Source of the DNA: Eledone cirrhosa
Lineage: Eukaryota
Length of the DNA stretch: 64,000 bases
NCBI GenBank assembly: GCA_964016885.1
Contig: OZ024746.1
Location: 73,532,001-73,596,000 of the forward strand
Reading direction: 5' to 3'
A program made the translations under genes and the position numbers. Numbering within the stretch: the first letter of the stretch is position 1; every line of letters begins with the position of its first letter. Below, in pieces: positions 10,557-24,656 of the stretch. Under the pieces are notes generated by a model. It saw only the letters and a program-made list of their open reading frames with translations. It had not been told where the DNA came from and searched no databases.

Positions 10557-11709
10557 TTTTCAAAATAATAATATGCAACGAAGACCGACAAGGAAATTAA
10601 GTTATATAGTTGATTAGCCAAGTTCTCCATGCAAACCTATGATGAAAGACGATCCAGCCATGAATATCCAATATTTTTTAAATATATTTATCAAACATTA
10701 ACCAGTGCGTTCTTTGTTATACTATGATAGATTGTACCTTTAAAGAGATTTAGATGTCAATTATTTCTTCATTCACTCCTCCAACTCAAGGGGAGAAAAA
10801 GCAATAACATTTTGTAAACATACTTTTTTACTATTTTTAGGTGCAATTCTTTTCTTGGTGGATTATATGTGCCTCTGTCTTTTGGTAAACATTTGTTTGA
10901 AACTTATTTGAGACTAAAGGGGAGGTAACTGATAACTACTATATCACTTCCTATTTCATTTAATGGCTCTTCTCTTAGACGAATACATCAATGTTTCAAC
11001 CTGTAACTCTTGATGGAGCCGTAGGGGTGCCGTAGTGACAGGCATTAAATCTGGCGGAGCTCATTCCTCTCCGGATGTGAACACAGTCGATTTCTCCAAG
11101 AAAAGAAAGGAATGGGAGAAAGAGATGTAGATGAAGAATCGACTATATATTAGACTGATACTTTTTTTGTATCGATGTTGACTGGAGGAAAGGTAATGCT
11201 GACCTCAACAGGATTTGAATCCAGAGCTCAAATTATTCCAACCGAGGGTCTAACAACTCTGCCAATTCGATGCTTAATAAAGTAAGTTAAGTTCCATCTT
11301 ATATATTGGTCTTATAAAAATGAGAATCGATTGTAAAGTTGAAAAGTGCTGGCAAGTTTTGACAGGTTTAAACACAATAAAGACACTTAATCCGATCCCA
11401 AACAGAAACAGAACTTTATTATTCGTGCAATAGACTGGCAGAATCGGATGAAGTGCATTGCAGTATTTCGTTACGGCCCACTACATTTTGGTTTTAAATT
11501 CCGCCGAGGAAGTCAACTTTGCCTTTTATCCTTCCGAGTTCGCTAAAATAAAGTACCAATTAAGTACTCGTTGGTGTAGGGTTGGTTTAGTTTTGCAGCT
11601 GTGACTGGAATATGGTGGAAGAATGCGAGTAGATGCCATCCATGTTATCATGTGTGTATATTTCAAGGGGCGGTATAAACTAAAAATTGTAGTTGAGACT
11701 ACTACTACT

Positions 11710-12045
11710 AATACTACTTCTTCTCCCCACTTATTCTTGTGAGGGTCGTTGGGGCAGAGTTCTCAAACACCCCTTCCAGTGAGTACTGCGAGAAGCAACT
11801 ATCTCCAGTTGATCTGGCTGGATCACCAAACGCGACCAGCCGAGCTCATGAATGCGATCCAACGATCTTGCTTGTGGTCTACCTCTGGGTCTCCTGGTGG
11901 CTGGTTTTGCCTTTAAAATCTGTCCAGCGATTCTTTCCTGAGACAATCTAACTACATGTCTGTAGTATCAGAGCTGTGATCTCTTAATTTGGTGAAGTAG
12001 TGACTCTACCTAGAGTGCATCTCTAATCTCCAAACTATGCGTTCC
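11710..12045 (-). mobile_element. RTE-clade LINE 3' fragment (same family as 43600-44410 and 51885-52170)
   Basis: MSQERIAGQIL...RRPRGRP..R.LDRIHELGWSRL. Confidence 0.75.
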
Positions 12046-13929
12046 AAATTTTAAATTTTGTGTTATTTTTTTGCTCTAGACATTCTGGCATGTAAGTTAA
12101 CTATCATTTTATTTGTTTCTTAAGGTGTTGGAATGTTGAAATCTTTGCTGATATCAATGACAAATTATTAAATGTGAGCTTTTATTGTTGAAGCAGTTTC
12201 TGAGCAGTATGATTAAGGATATGGAGGATAATTCTTTGAGTATGATTCTTTTTGAGGGTGTACATAAGAAAGTTGTGAAGGTTGTCGTGTGGTGAGAGCC
12301 ATAAGGTTGTGAATTTGATTCCTAGACCAGGTGCTAGGTTGTATTCTAGAGCAAAACACTTCATTTGACGCTGCTCCAATTTACTTAGCAAGAAGTAAAC
12401 TTTGTGATGCATTGACATCCTATCTAGGAGGAAAGCTTGTACTATCAGATGCTTAACACCATAGGAAACTGGGATAAGCTCTAGCTTGAAGAGTTTCTTG
12501 GCTTAGGAAACATTTTAACTTTAAAAAAAAAAAATCATAAGAGGGTGATATGTTTGTCTGATGCTATTTCACTTTGGTTTAAGAATTATGATTTATTTTC
12601 TTTGTATAGAGAGTTATGTTGCTCGTTATTCGTTTAGTTTGTTTTGTGATTTTTGTTTACTTCAAAGGATAGTCAATTTTCTATTTTTCCATGGGTTATT
12701 TTCTGTGTTATTTCCTTTAATTGATGCTGAGCTTTATTTCTGTTCTGAGTAGTACTAGTGTGCTGTTTTTTTGTTTTTTTTTAAAGTTTGTGCCTAGTTC
12801 ACACTTTTATCAGGCTGACTTTTCTATTGTGTAATTGGAGTTGTATTTAAGTTGCCATGTGTGATGTTTTGGATGTATCTATAATTATTTTGTTGAATAA
12901 TTATTTAAATACTGCAGTATATAGATGGTGATTGTGATGTTGCTGAATTCTGCAAAAATTGATTCAATTTCCTAAATAGTGGCTTTGCAAGGAGTGTGTT
13001 TTACCTGGTGGAATGGTTGGTGAAGTATGTGTGTGCGTGTATACATTCATCATCATCAACATTTCCTTGCTAACAAGGATTGAACATAAATTACATATGT
13101 GTATATCTATGTTTTAGCATCTTGCTTTATCCATGGCAAATTTCTATGGCCCTTCCTGTTGCAGGATGCAGGATTTTACATATGTTATGACATTTATCTT
13201 AACAAAATAAAGTGTTATATAAGAGTACTTAAAAGTGCTAGAATTTTTTTTATGTCTCTGCACAGGGTCATGATGATGATGATGATGAGGATTCTGTACA
13301 GAGCTCTGGCAATAAATAACATAGGAGATAATTGCAGTGCTTCCAGTATATATTTATGTTAATCCTTTTGTTCTAATGAAATAATTCCAATATCTTTCAA
13401 TTAATTTTGAAAATAACAGTTTGGAGGAATTCAGTAAAATAACTGACTTTCTCATTAGTAGCTAATGTTTCGGAATTACTTAAGAAAATTTTCTCAAATA
13501 AAATTCATTCATCAAACATAATGTCATCTCTTGCTTTTTCTCTCCAGCTATGCCCATCATATACATTACTTCTTAGGTCAAACAACTTCATTCTTCCAGA
13601 GACCCCCCCCCCCCTCCCAATCCCAAATCCCACAAATGTTACGGCTTTCGCGCTAGAAATGAGGAGGGTTTCAGGCTGCTGGAATTCTGTGAGGCTAATG
13701 ATCTATTTATCAGTAATACGAACTTCAAAAAATGAGACAACCACTTAATCACCCATAGATCAGGTGAACATGCCAGCTAGATAGATTTTATTCTTACCAG
13801 AAGTTGAGACAGCAAAATGGGGGTAGTAGAGAAGTCTACCAAAATGCTAGGAGAGAAGCTAGGCAACAAGTATACCTTGCAGGAGGGGGAAGTGAAAGAA
13901 AATAACAAATTTAAGCACATTTTGCAGTG

Positions 13930-14650
13930 TAAGGTCCAAAGGGCTGAAGTGTTCAGGATTGCAAAGCAGTGTGTCAGAACAAATTGTGATGGTGGGGAGA
14001 AGTGAGTCTGAAATGATAATGATGAATTTTCCCTCATGGACGCTGAAATGAAGGTAGCATAAGAGGGATCAGATGCAGTGTACAGGAGAGGAGATTGCGT
14101 TGGTATGGACATGTGATGCGCATGAAGGATGACAGCTGTATAAAAAGGTGCAGAACGCTCAAAGTTGATGGAAGCTATGGAGTGCGAAGACCTAGGAAGA
14201 CATGAGATGAGGTGTGAAAAACTGACCTTGCACAATTGCACCTCTCAAAGGCGATGACACAGGACCATGATCTCTGGCATTATGCAGTAATACAGGACCC
14301 ACTTTCCTATATGCAGAGACTGAGGCATACATCTACTATCCACCACCTTCCCTCTCATACTTGCTGTAATCACCCCACCCCTAGATCTACTTCCCCAATT
14401 CGCTCTATAAAGTAGTCATCTTGGTGTCAAGACATTGAACACCCAGTCCACTTTGTAAAGTACCCAGTCCACACTGTAAAGTGGTCATGTAGGTATCACG
14501 ACACAAAGCACCCAATACACACTGTAAATGTGGTTCGCATTAGGAAGGGAATCCAGCTGTAGAAACCTAGCCAAAATCAGTTCTGTGTGTGCAAAACATG
14601 GTCCTCTGACCCATGCTGGCATGGAAAATAGACGTTAAATGATGATGATG
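13930..14650 (+). mobile_element. Internally deleted copy of the RTE LINE at 60013-62252
   Basis: VFRIAKQCV...GEK segment joined directly to RRLRWYGHV-type C-terminus and the shared 3' tail ending gacgttaaatgatgatga. Confidence 0.75.
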
Positions 14651-16385
14651 AGCATATTAAAATGGGCAATACAATATTATGGGTTAGTATCAAAAGGGTT
14701 AATACAATGGTTTGTGAAATATGGTGTATTTATATAGTAGATGGATCTGTTTGATTGTCCCTATGTGTATTTTGGAAAAACTTAGCATTTTAGAGATATT
14801 AAAATCTGTTTTATGCAGAGTCATTATCTTCAGATTTGCACCTATTCCTTTGACCATTATTACTGTATCAAGTGTTCATAATGTTACTGGTCTTTTAGCT
14901 GTGACCATCCAGTCTTCTTTTTTGGCATATTATATTCAGGACTATTTTGTCCAGTAAATTCATCCATATTAAGATGTTAGGGTAAACTTTGGAGATTTAA
15001 TAGCTAATTCTAGCATGTTGACTGACCACATAAAGGCTCCTTCATTAGCTTCACTGTACTATCATATAAACATACAATGATTGAACTTCCATCAGTTTCT
15101 ATGATGAGTATTCAAGTAGCATGCAAGTGGATGAGTATTCCTTAGATATGTGTACCTCCAGTAGAATTAGTATGAGACAATGTATCAAAGATGTACCCTT
15201 GAATTACATGTACAATCTATCTGACAGGTTTACACAGAGTTTTTTGTCAACCTAATTTCATCCACAGGCTTAGATAGACCCAAGGCGCCCTAGAGTGGAT
15301 TGACCCCGAAACCCCATCATTGTGAGAGGAACTTCTTAATCATTCAGCTATATTTGAATCCTCTAAACTTGGGGTAATTATTTTATAGCTGGTGTAGTAT
15401 CCATAATAATTGTTTCTACTTTTGGCACAAGGCCGGCAATAATCCAGTGCATTACTGGTACTTTATTTTATCGACCCTGTAAGGATGAAAGGCAAAGTTA
15501 ATCTCAGCGGGATTTGAACTCAGAATGGCAAGAGCTGTAACTCTATGCATCTGACCCTCTATCAATCCACCAATAATAGGGGTTATTTGTGCTTCTTTTC
15601 AGTAACTCAATGTTTTGACTTCAAGCTTTACTCCATTTTCTTCTTGTTTCATTTTCCTACTTTTAGTTAAATACAATTTTCTATTATTTACTCATTCTCT
15701 GTACCTCTATTATTTTATCTAATTCTGCTTATCTATTCTAGTATTTTGTCTCTTCTTCCACCTCACCTCTCTTCTTCTCCCTTTCTTTTTTCCACCTGTC
15801 CTTATTTTCAGACTGCATGTCTCACAAGCTTCTGACACTCATCATGTCAACATTCCACCTATCTACTACTCTTCATAATATTTTCTTTGCTTCGACACAT
15901 CTCTCTCCACAGCTATGACTTTCTCAATCCAGCTTAACAAAAGAAGAGCAACCAACAAAAAAAACTCGACATGAAATGTTACGATGCAATATTCAAGTTT
16001 AATTTTATAAAACTATTAATAATATTCAGCACACCCAATTTTAGTATCCTAACTACTACAGAGTCATTATATTTCAGTACAAGATCAATCTATTTAAACT
16101 TAATACACAGCCCTCAAGAAAAAGAAAAAATAATTACTTCCAAAAATTATTTGTGTAAACCTTTTTGTAAAAAAATATTTTGTTGTACTCTATTCTTTTT
16201 TTCTCCTGCAGATTATTCAATATTCTACATCTGAAGAGAACATAACTAATATTAGAGAGAATCCAATATAATCTTAAGACAATTCAATGTAAGCGCACTA
16301 TTGTTGGCTATATCTGCCTTTCTGTCTGAAAGTGTATTTATTAATGAAGATATCACTACTTTTGTTTGCAAATAAACTTCTTATA

Positions 16386-16799
16386 ATGACTTCAAGACAC
16401 TACGATTTTTACTTACATTTTTCAAAGAAAGATTCAGAAATTGCAGACAACTTATTAATCAATTTAGAAACAAAATATCCAGTAAGAAAGCTGAAAGGTT
16501 ATATTCCTCAACGAGATTGTTCCACTCTCGGCTGCTTACATTCTATTCTACTAAATGCAATAAAAAACATAGATTTAATCTTTGTTGTTTTATCAAAACA
16601 TTCTGAAAATGATAAACAATTTTCACATTTGAATTCTGAAATAATCCAAATAATCCAAACCATACAAGGAAAAAAAGTAATACCCATATATATTGATGTG
16701 GAATCTAAAGCTATACATGAGCTTTTCTCAGTTCTACAAGGAATTGATTTTTTTAACATGAAGACTTTTATGCTAAAAGTGAAAAAAATTTTTAAATAA
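16386..16799 (+). CDS. TIR-domain-only protein (~137 aa; alternative in-frame ATG at 16344)
   Basis: Uninterrupted ORF: box1-like HYDFYLHFSKKD, box2-like LKGYIPQRD, IFVVLSKH strand, KKVIPIYID strand; upstream acceptor ttttttctcctgcag at 16211; AATAAA overlaps the stop. Confidence 0.8.
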   Translation: MTSRHYDFYLHFSKKDSEIADNLLINLETKYPVRKLKGYIPQRDCSTLGCLHSILLNAIKNIDLIFVVLSKHSENDKQFSHLNSEIIQIIQTIQGKKVIPIYIDVESKAIHELFSVLQGIDFFNMKTFMLKVKKIFK

Positions 16800-19700
16800 A
16801 ATGAGATATTTTAATCAGGTATTTTAAAAATTGAATCTGTGTTGAATGGATAGTTCTGGAAATATGGAAATTTGTAATGACAATCTGATATGGTTGGACC
16901 TATCAAGATACTTCAAATCTTGTAGCCAGTATATAGTCACCATAAACAACACTTGAGATATTTTGCTAGAGCAGAAATGTGCCAATGGTCAAAATATTTA
17001 ACTTGCAACATCTCAATCCATCTGGATGTAAGCAGGTAATCATCATCATTTTGTTTTCTTTCCCCTCTATGCTGGCATGAGTTGGATGTCAGATAACTAA
17101 GGCTTGTTTGTCCATTCTATATTTGGCATGGTTTCTACAGTTGGATGCCTTTCTTAATGCTAGCACCTCTTACTGAGTGTACTGGTTGTATTTTATTGTG
17201 GAAGCAGCATTGCTCCACTTCTAACATTCTAGTTTAAACCAGGCCTTTTTGAAACGTGAACCCTTATTTAAAAAAAAAATATTTGCTGCAGCCGGCTTCC
17301 CTTCGTTAAAGAAATTTGGACTCTTTTCTGCTGAAGAACCTCTCACCTTTTTGGTAAAATCAACCATTGGCAATTTTCAATAAGAAAATTTAGAAAACTG
17401 CTTACAAGATTTTTTTTCTGAAGAACTGCCACCTCTATGACAATTCCTTCTTTTAATAAAAGTCTTAAACAATATATTATTTATTATATCTGGGAAACTA
17501 AATCGTAGTTTTTTTTATCCATATAATAGGTGACTAGGAATAAAAGGAAATTGTATTTAATAAAAATAAATACATTATTTGTTTCCTTTAAAAAAAAAAT
17601 TTTGTCAAGAATTCAAATAAATAATAAGCAGCTATTGAAAATTTAAAAGTTATATTCAAAATCAACATAGTAAATATGAAAAAGTGCATTAATATAAAAA
17701 TAAGATGGAAGTGCTGGAGTCTTGATAAAATGATCCCAGTACATGCTCTAAAGGGGTCAATGTTAGGAAGGGCATCCAACAGTAGAAACCAAGCCAAAAA
17801 AGAGCAAGACATGGTCACCTGATCAGTCTAGCCACAGTACATGACAACCTGTCTAACTCATGGAAGCATGGAAAATAGATGTCTGTGATAAGAGTGATGA
17901 CAATGATGAGGAGGAAAACAGACAGTGGCTAAAATGTTTGTGATATGAAAAAAAAAAAAAGAATGGCTGTAAGTTTGTAAAATAGTAACTTCACATGATA
18001 TTGCTACAAATATAAATAGATACTTAGTCACACAAGTTTAAGTTCTTAAAGAAAATGTGCTAGCATTTATAAATGTAAAACACCATTTTATATCCATTTT
18101 CCATGCTGCCATGGGCTGAAACCAGATGAATCGGAGCAATCCATAGTTGGCATAGTTTCTATGGCTGGATCCCTTTCCTAATGCCAACCATTTTACAGAG
18201 TGTAATGGGTGCATTTTTTTGTAGCAGCAGCAATTCCACTTTTACATTCTTGATAATAATAATTTTCAACATGGGTGCATAGTCACAGATTTTCAAAGGT
18301 ATACCAGTTCTCATTTTATCAATTCCCTAAAAGGATTAAAAGAAAAATTGAAATATGCAGGATTTGAATGCAACCAAATTTCTCAAATATTCATTGCTTT
18401 AAGTGACATGATGAAATGTGCTATCCTTGTAAAGTGGTTGTGTTAGTGACACAACAAAATGTGCCCAGTCCACGCTGTGTAAGTGACAACGAAATGCGCC
18501 CATTTCAACCTGTCAGTTGGTCATTTTGGTGCCACAATAAAAAGCACCTAGTCCATGCTGCAAATATGGTTGGCATTAGGGCATCCAGCCATAGAAACCA
18601 AGCCAGAAACAGTTCTGTGCAAGCAAGACAGTCATCTGGTCAAACTTGTCTCACGACAGGTCAACACATCTAACCCATGCTAGCATCGAAAAATAGACGT
18701 TAAACAGTGATGAGAATGAGAAATTGGACAATGGCCACTTCAATGAGAACACAGAATCCTAATTACTAGACAACATGGGAAAAACTTTAATAATTCTTTC
18801 TAAAACTGGCCACAAGGCAGCACTTTTGGGGAAGAGGAAAGTCGATTTACTGATAAAGTATCTGTCAAATAATAATATAATAATGCCTTTCAAAATACTT
18901 TTTATAAGTTTTATTCATTAAAAATTTAATTTCTAAGAAAAAAAAAATGAATTATTTATTGATACAGTTCAGTTCCACTGATCTTATTTCACAATTGTAA
19001 AATATTTGATATTTATTTTCATGGTTTCCGATAATAAAATGTTACAACACTAATCTGACTTCATTGACAGCTCTTTTCTTTAATAAATGATTTGATTTGA
19101 AACCAGTTATTGCTGCATTTTAGTAGAATTCTGTTAGCCAGTAATGAAACACATTCAGCATTGACATTTCTCACTCTCATCAATCTTAGACAATGCTGTA
19201 CACGTTTTATAGATTCCCAATATTTCTGTATCAGATTGTAACATTTGTTAGTGATGTTTTATATTTTGGCAAACATGCATAGTATTTCTCATGAATTAAA
19301 AAAAAAGGCATTTGAAATTAATAACTATACCAAATTTATTTTCACATTTTTAATGGGTGTCGTAGTTGAAAATATCAGTTTAGTTATCGGGACAAAATAC
19401 TGAACTGTTTGGGAACAGATACGTGCTGTCGAAGTAAAGATATTGCATGCTGAACTTACACCCACACATACATACACACACATAAATATCACATTAATAA
19501 CATGCATTTTTGTTTCCTGCAGTGCAGGCAGCAAATATGCTACCATGTTGTGCTCATTAAAGATTTAATATGGTTTCTTTTTGAAGTACAAGGCCAATTT
19601 TTTTTTTTCTGGGAGGCGAGAGAGAGCAAGAGGTATGGTTGATTTATTAAACTTTAGTATCTTACTAATACTTATTAGTAAGATACTACACTCTACTCAG

Positions 19701-21614
19701 CATGGAGAGAGATCTACTCTCTCTACTATCCTTCAAATTGGGAAGAATTTGTTTTAGCATGGCAAGACTATTTAAGGAGTTACACATAAATGTAGACAGA
19801 TATTGGCCAAATATAGTTTTATTCATTATATAAAAGGCCACAAATTTATCAGGTAGGAGATTGAGATTAAGTGCTGTTGATGACTTGACTTGATCATGAG
19901 TATTATTAATATATATATAAAGTAAATTGGCTTCAACCAGAATTCAAAACTCAGAAGTTTACTTGCTACTCTACTGTGCTTGCCATATACCAACTATTGA
20001 TAATGTTTCAAGTTAGTGGCAAGATTTCCTGTTTCTAATAGTTACAGTAGAATCATCTGAAGATTTTAGCATCTACTTTGTATTTGTGAGATTGTACTTA
20101 GGTCATCAGTTTTAAAAATTATATTATACACAGAGAAATAAAACATACTTTTAATCAAGCTCACATGTTGAGTTTATTTAGAAGTAGGAGCCAAGATACG
20201 TAAAATACTCAGAATTTCATTGAAGGTTGAGTGTGGCTGTATAAAATGAGATGATTTGCATTTGGTGTAACATAAAGCATTAGAAATGGGATAGTATAAT
20301 TTTAACATAGTGATATACAATCATCAGAAAAATACTCACTTGATATACATATACAAACGCACATACAACCCTCTTCCCCATATATATAGAGAGAGAGAGT
20401 TAGAGAGAGATATAGTGTAATATTACACTATATAAATCAATGATATGCAATACATGCATATAACATATCAGCATTCTGGTCATACTTAGATGAAGAATAT
20501 TTGACATTTTCTAAAACAAATGACAAGTCTTCCACTTTTATCACACCTATTTCATAAATCCTAAATATAAATCTCTCTGGTGATATACATTTATAATGAT
20601 CAATCTCTGATCATATATGTTCATTGTAATTAGATTTCCAAAAATTGTTTGTGTCTATGAAGTAGCTTAATCTACATGATGTAGCAGCCAACTTACACTA
20701 ACCATCTTTAAAATAGGACCTAAAACTGAATACATGCCCACACCTGAGAAAGGATGTCTATTGCTACATGACATATATGTTACATTATATATAGACATAA
20801 TATATAAAGACTGTCAGTCATATACAGTGAACAATTTTGATATCAACCCATTTGAAACTGTCTTGATTTTATGTACACAACTGTTCATACTTATATTTAA
20901 ACCTTCCATCATAGTCTTATTTAAGAAATATTTTATTAAGTAATGTTTCAAACATCAGCTTAATAATGATTTTTAACATAGACACAGGGCCAAAAATTTA
21001 TGGGGAGGGAAAAGGCGATTACATCAACCCCAATTTTTTTTTTATTGGCCCCGGAAAGATGAAAAGCAAAGTTGACCTTGGCAGGATATTAACTCAGAAC
21101 AAAGGGTCATAACTAAATGTCATAAAACATGTTGTCCAACACTCAGAATTAATTGATGCACATAAGCCGTGTATGTCATTAGAAATATGGTAACAAAAAG
21201 GTTAAACAAATGTTTAACAATACATTCATAATGCTGCCCCATAATTAGCATCTCAACAATACTGCCTATTAGTTATATTACAATGCCCCCTGTTCTGCTT
21301 TTAAGTCAGCTATAGTTCAAACTCAAGTTTTTTTTCCTTTCCCTCTATCACCAACAATGCCACCAGCATGCATGTATATACAGATTCTCTCTTCCCATCT
21401 CTCTCTCTCTCTCTCATACATACACACACACACACGACAACAAGTGTTTCCTTCCTGAGGGATTAAAGCCAAAATTCCATTAATTTTCTTCAAAGCAATT
21501 TCCCTATAAGTCCCATTCCTCGAGTTTCTTCTTCAGTTTCATTTACTTATCTGCTGTATATAACGATTGGAAATCAAGGTCCTATTTTCCTATTCTCCTT
21601 GCAAGAAAACACTA

Positions 21615-21660
<46 letters not shown>

Positions 21661-21796
21661 ACACAAGAAGACCATATCATTTAGTTTGCGTTTAAGTCAT
21701 GAAAAATAAAACTTCAGGAGAAGAGAAAAGTGGGGTTCCACTTTCCTGCTGAAAGTCTTCTTTCAAATGGTTGTTGCACTAAAGCTAAGTGTTTGT

Positions 21797-21953
21797 TCAG
21801 GTAATGCCGTGTTTTTCTTTATTGTGGTCAGCTGATGGTTGAGCATGGTCAGAATCCACCATGGAACCAAGATGAGCATTGGTCAAGAAGTCACAAACTG
21901 GCATACTTGTCAATGCTTTGTGAATATCTTGCAAAGAAAGCTGCGTAGGATAC
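21797..21953 (-). CDS. YEATS2: YEATS domain-containing protein 2, coding exon 16 (last)
   Basis: YPTQLSLQDIHKALTSMPVCDFLTNAHLG...HGIT*, histone-fold C-terminus (human, from memory: IHQAICNIPFLDFLTNKHMG). Confidence 0.9.
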
Positions 21954-23410
21954 CTGTTGTAAAAAAAAAATAAACAAAAAATGAATATAATTACTTTAAA
22001 GATGGTGCATTAATGCTTTTGCAATTCTATCCTTTATTTCAGCTTCCTGTCTTCCATCACTCATAAAAACAGCCCTCAGATACTTGACCTTCTAAACCTA
22101 TTTCACTCTCTATTCAGTATCATAAAAAAACTGGTGATGGGCATGTGATATGTCCTAGGATGTGTGGTATGGACACAAATGTTATATATTCTGAGACCTT
22201 AAAGAGGGTCCAAAAGGGAGAAAACTTTACAGGTAAGGAGCAGGAACTAGTAGAGGAGGCCAGATGTTACCAGCTAAATGTATCACCAACAAAGTTTCAT
22301 GGCTCTAGTTCCATGGATTTTTTAAATACTGAAACTGTCTATTATAATTTTATGTAAAAACATTTAGTTAAGTAATCCCACCAAACATCAGATAACTAAT
22401 GAAAAGGGTAGTTATTTTATTAAATCCCTCAACATTTTTATATTACTTTCCAAATTAATTGAAACATATTGCCAGTGTATTTCATTAGAAATATGGTAAT
22501 GAAAGGGTTAACTCCTTCAAGTAGTGTGCTGAAGTTCAACTTGTTAGCCTCTACTGTCTCTATCACCAGAATCTACTTGCAATACAAGAATTTGACTGTG
22601 TAGAAATAACATGTACAACGTGTTAAACTATACCTTATATGATTAACCTTTTCATTGCCATATTGAAATATACTGTATTTGAATGACTTAATGAAAAATT
22701 TTGAAGGATTTACAAAAATATTTAGTGATTTCATTATTAAACAGTGCACCCTGTAAGGTAGTCGTACTGGTACCATGATAAAACAGCACTCAGTTCACTT
22801 TGTAAAGTGGTGGTGGTGGTGCCACAATAAAAGCTCCCAGTATACACTGTAATGCTGTTGGTGTTAGGAAGTGCATTAAGCCATAGAATCCAAGCCAAAA
22901 ACAGATCTGTATAAGTAAGACATGGTCATTTGATCTGACCAGGCTAACCACATAATGTGTGACACCTATCTAACCCATGCAAGCATGGAAAATAGACATG
23001 CCAGAGGTCTGGTTGATCAGAACCTTCCAGGGACTACACAACACTTTACAAACAATGAACAGGATATAAAAAAATGAACTTCTCTTGAACTGAATAGATC
23101 CCCTATATTTGAAGTGTATCAGATCTCCACCTGAAGTCTGACACAGACTTACACAAATGGAAAAGCTTTTAACAGTTGAGAGAAGAAAAATAGATGGTTG
23201 TGCTGGTGCCGTGTCTAAAAGCATTCAGTTCACCATGCTGTAAGGTGGTGGCCATTAAGAAGGGCATCCAACCATAAAAAAAAACAAGCCCAAAACAGTG
23301 TGTATGAGCAAAACTTGGTCCCCTGACTTGTCTGGCCTCATAATGTGACAACACATCTAACCCATGCAAACATAGAAAATAGATATTAAATGGTGATGAT
23401 GAAGACTTAC

Positions 23411-23475
23411 CTCCCTTCTTTACTTCTCAGGGAAAAAGCTGTTCTCAAAATGTCTGACATTAAATTTTCCATACA
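23411..23475 (-). CDS. YEATS2: YEATS2 coding exon 15
   Basis: cag/gtaag; CMENLMSDILRTAFSLRSKEG(R); 65 nt, phase consistent. Confidence 0.85.
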
Positions 23476-23701
23476 CTGAAAAATAATAATCATTATTAAT
23501 TCTTAGTGGCAGATTTTGAAGGATAAAGAAAAATGCCTAGCTGTATTTAGTAGATGATGGCATTGGCTTTCCTCATTCATGTGTCAAAAGATAAAAACCG
23601 TGTCTGTGTGTCTAGCACTGTAATATTTATTTATTTGCTGAAACTGATGCAAGACCTATTAATATATATAATGATAGTAATAATAATATATAAGTACATA
23701 C

Positions 23702-23776
23702 TGAATATATCATCAATTCACAAGAGGAGCTATAGACATTGTCCTCAATCTTTGTTGGCTTTAACTGTACGCCGAC
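23702..23776 (-). CDS. YEATS2: YEATS2 coding exon 14
   Basis: cag/gtatg; VGVQLKPTKIEDNVYSSSCELMIYS; 75 nt. Confidence 0.85.
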
Positions 23777-24431
23777 CTGGAAGATAAACACAAATTTTAC
23801 AGAAATAAGAAGAACAGTATAAGCACATCTGTATAAGGGAAAGTTAATATGTGTATGAAAGTGTGTATATGTATATTTTTCTCCCTGTGACTACAACTAG
23901 CAGTACAGGTTATTCATCAAAACAGGAAATATTTGGTAAAATATAATGGCAGAAAAAAAAAATTTTAATTTTACACACCTGAGTATGTGTGAAAACTTTT
24001 ATTTATGTATAACTAAAAATAGAAATGTTATTTGTCAAAATACATTTTAATACCAAGATAGAAATTTTATATTTAGAGACAGAAAAAAATTGAATCTTTA
24101 TTAAGCCTTTTCTAACCATATTTCTATTGAAACACATTGCCTACATGTTTCATTTAATGTTTAAAATAATAAAAGGCAATTATAATAAATTTAATAATAA
24201 TAAAAAATGTTGTGGTGTTTAATGATATAATTAATTTTTTTCATTTTAATCCAGTGCTTGGAGTAGACTGTAACAAAGGTCTCTTACATAAAATTATGAT
24301 GGTAGGTTTTAATTTAGATATGAATACTTAAAAACAAGTATTTCTGTTTCATAAAATCAAAGTAGTTTCAGGTAAGTTGGGTGTTAAAAAAGTTAAAGAA
24401 AAAAAATGTAAAGGAAAAAAATCAATTTTAC

Positions 24432-24550
24432 CTGTCTGGCTGTTTCATGAACAAAATTAGAAGCATCAGGTGCAGGCAAATATATATAATCTTGGGTAGA
24501 AGTCACAGGGTCTGCATCAGACTCATTTTTTATTTTCACTTTTGGAAGAC
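24432..24550 (-). CDS. YEATS2: YEATS2 coding exon 13
   Basis: GLPKVKIKNESD...YIYLPAPDASNFVHETARQ; 119 nt. Confidence 0.85.
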
Positions 24551-24656
24551 CTGATCAGGTAATAAAAAAAATATAAATAGTACAAAAAAATAAATTGATG
24601 AAGAAAAAAATTACCAAAGAAAAAATGTCGAAAATCAACACAAAGCTTACAATTAC

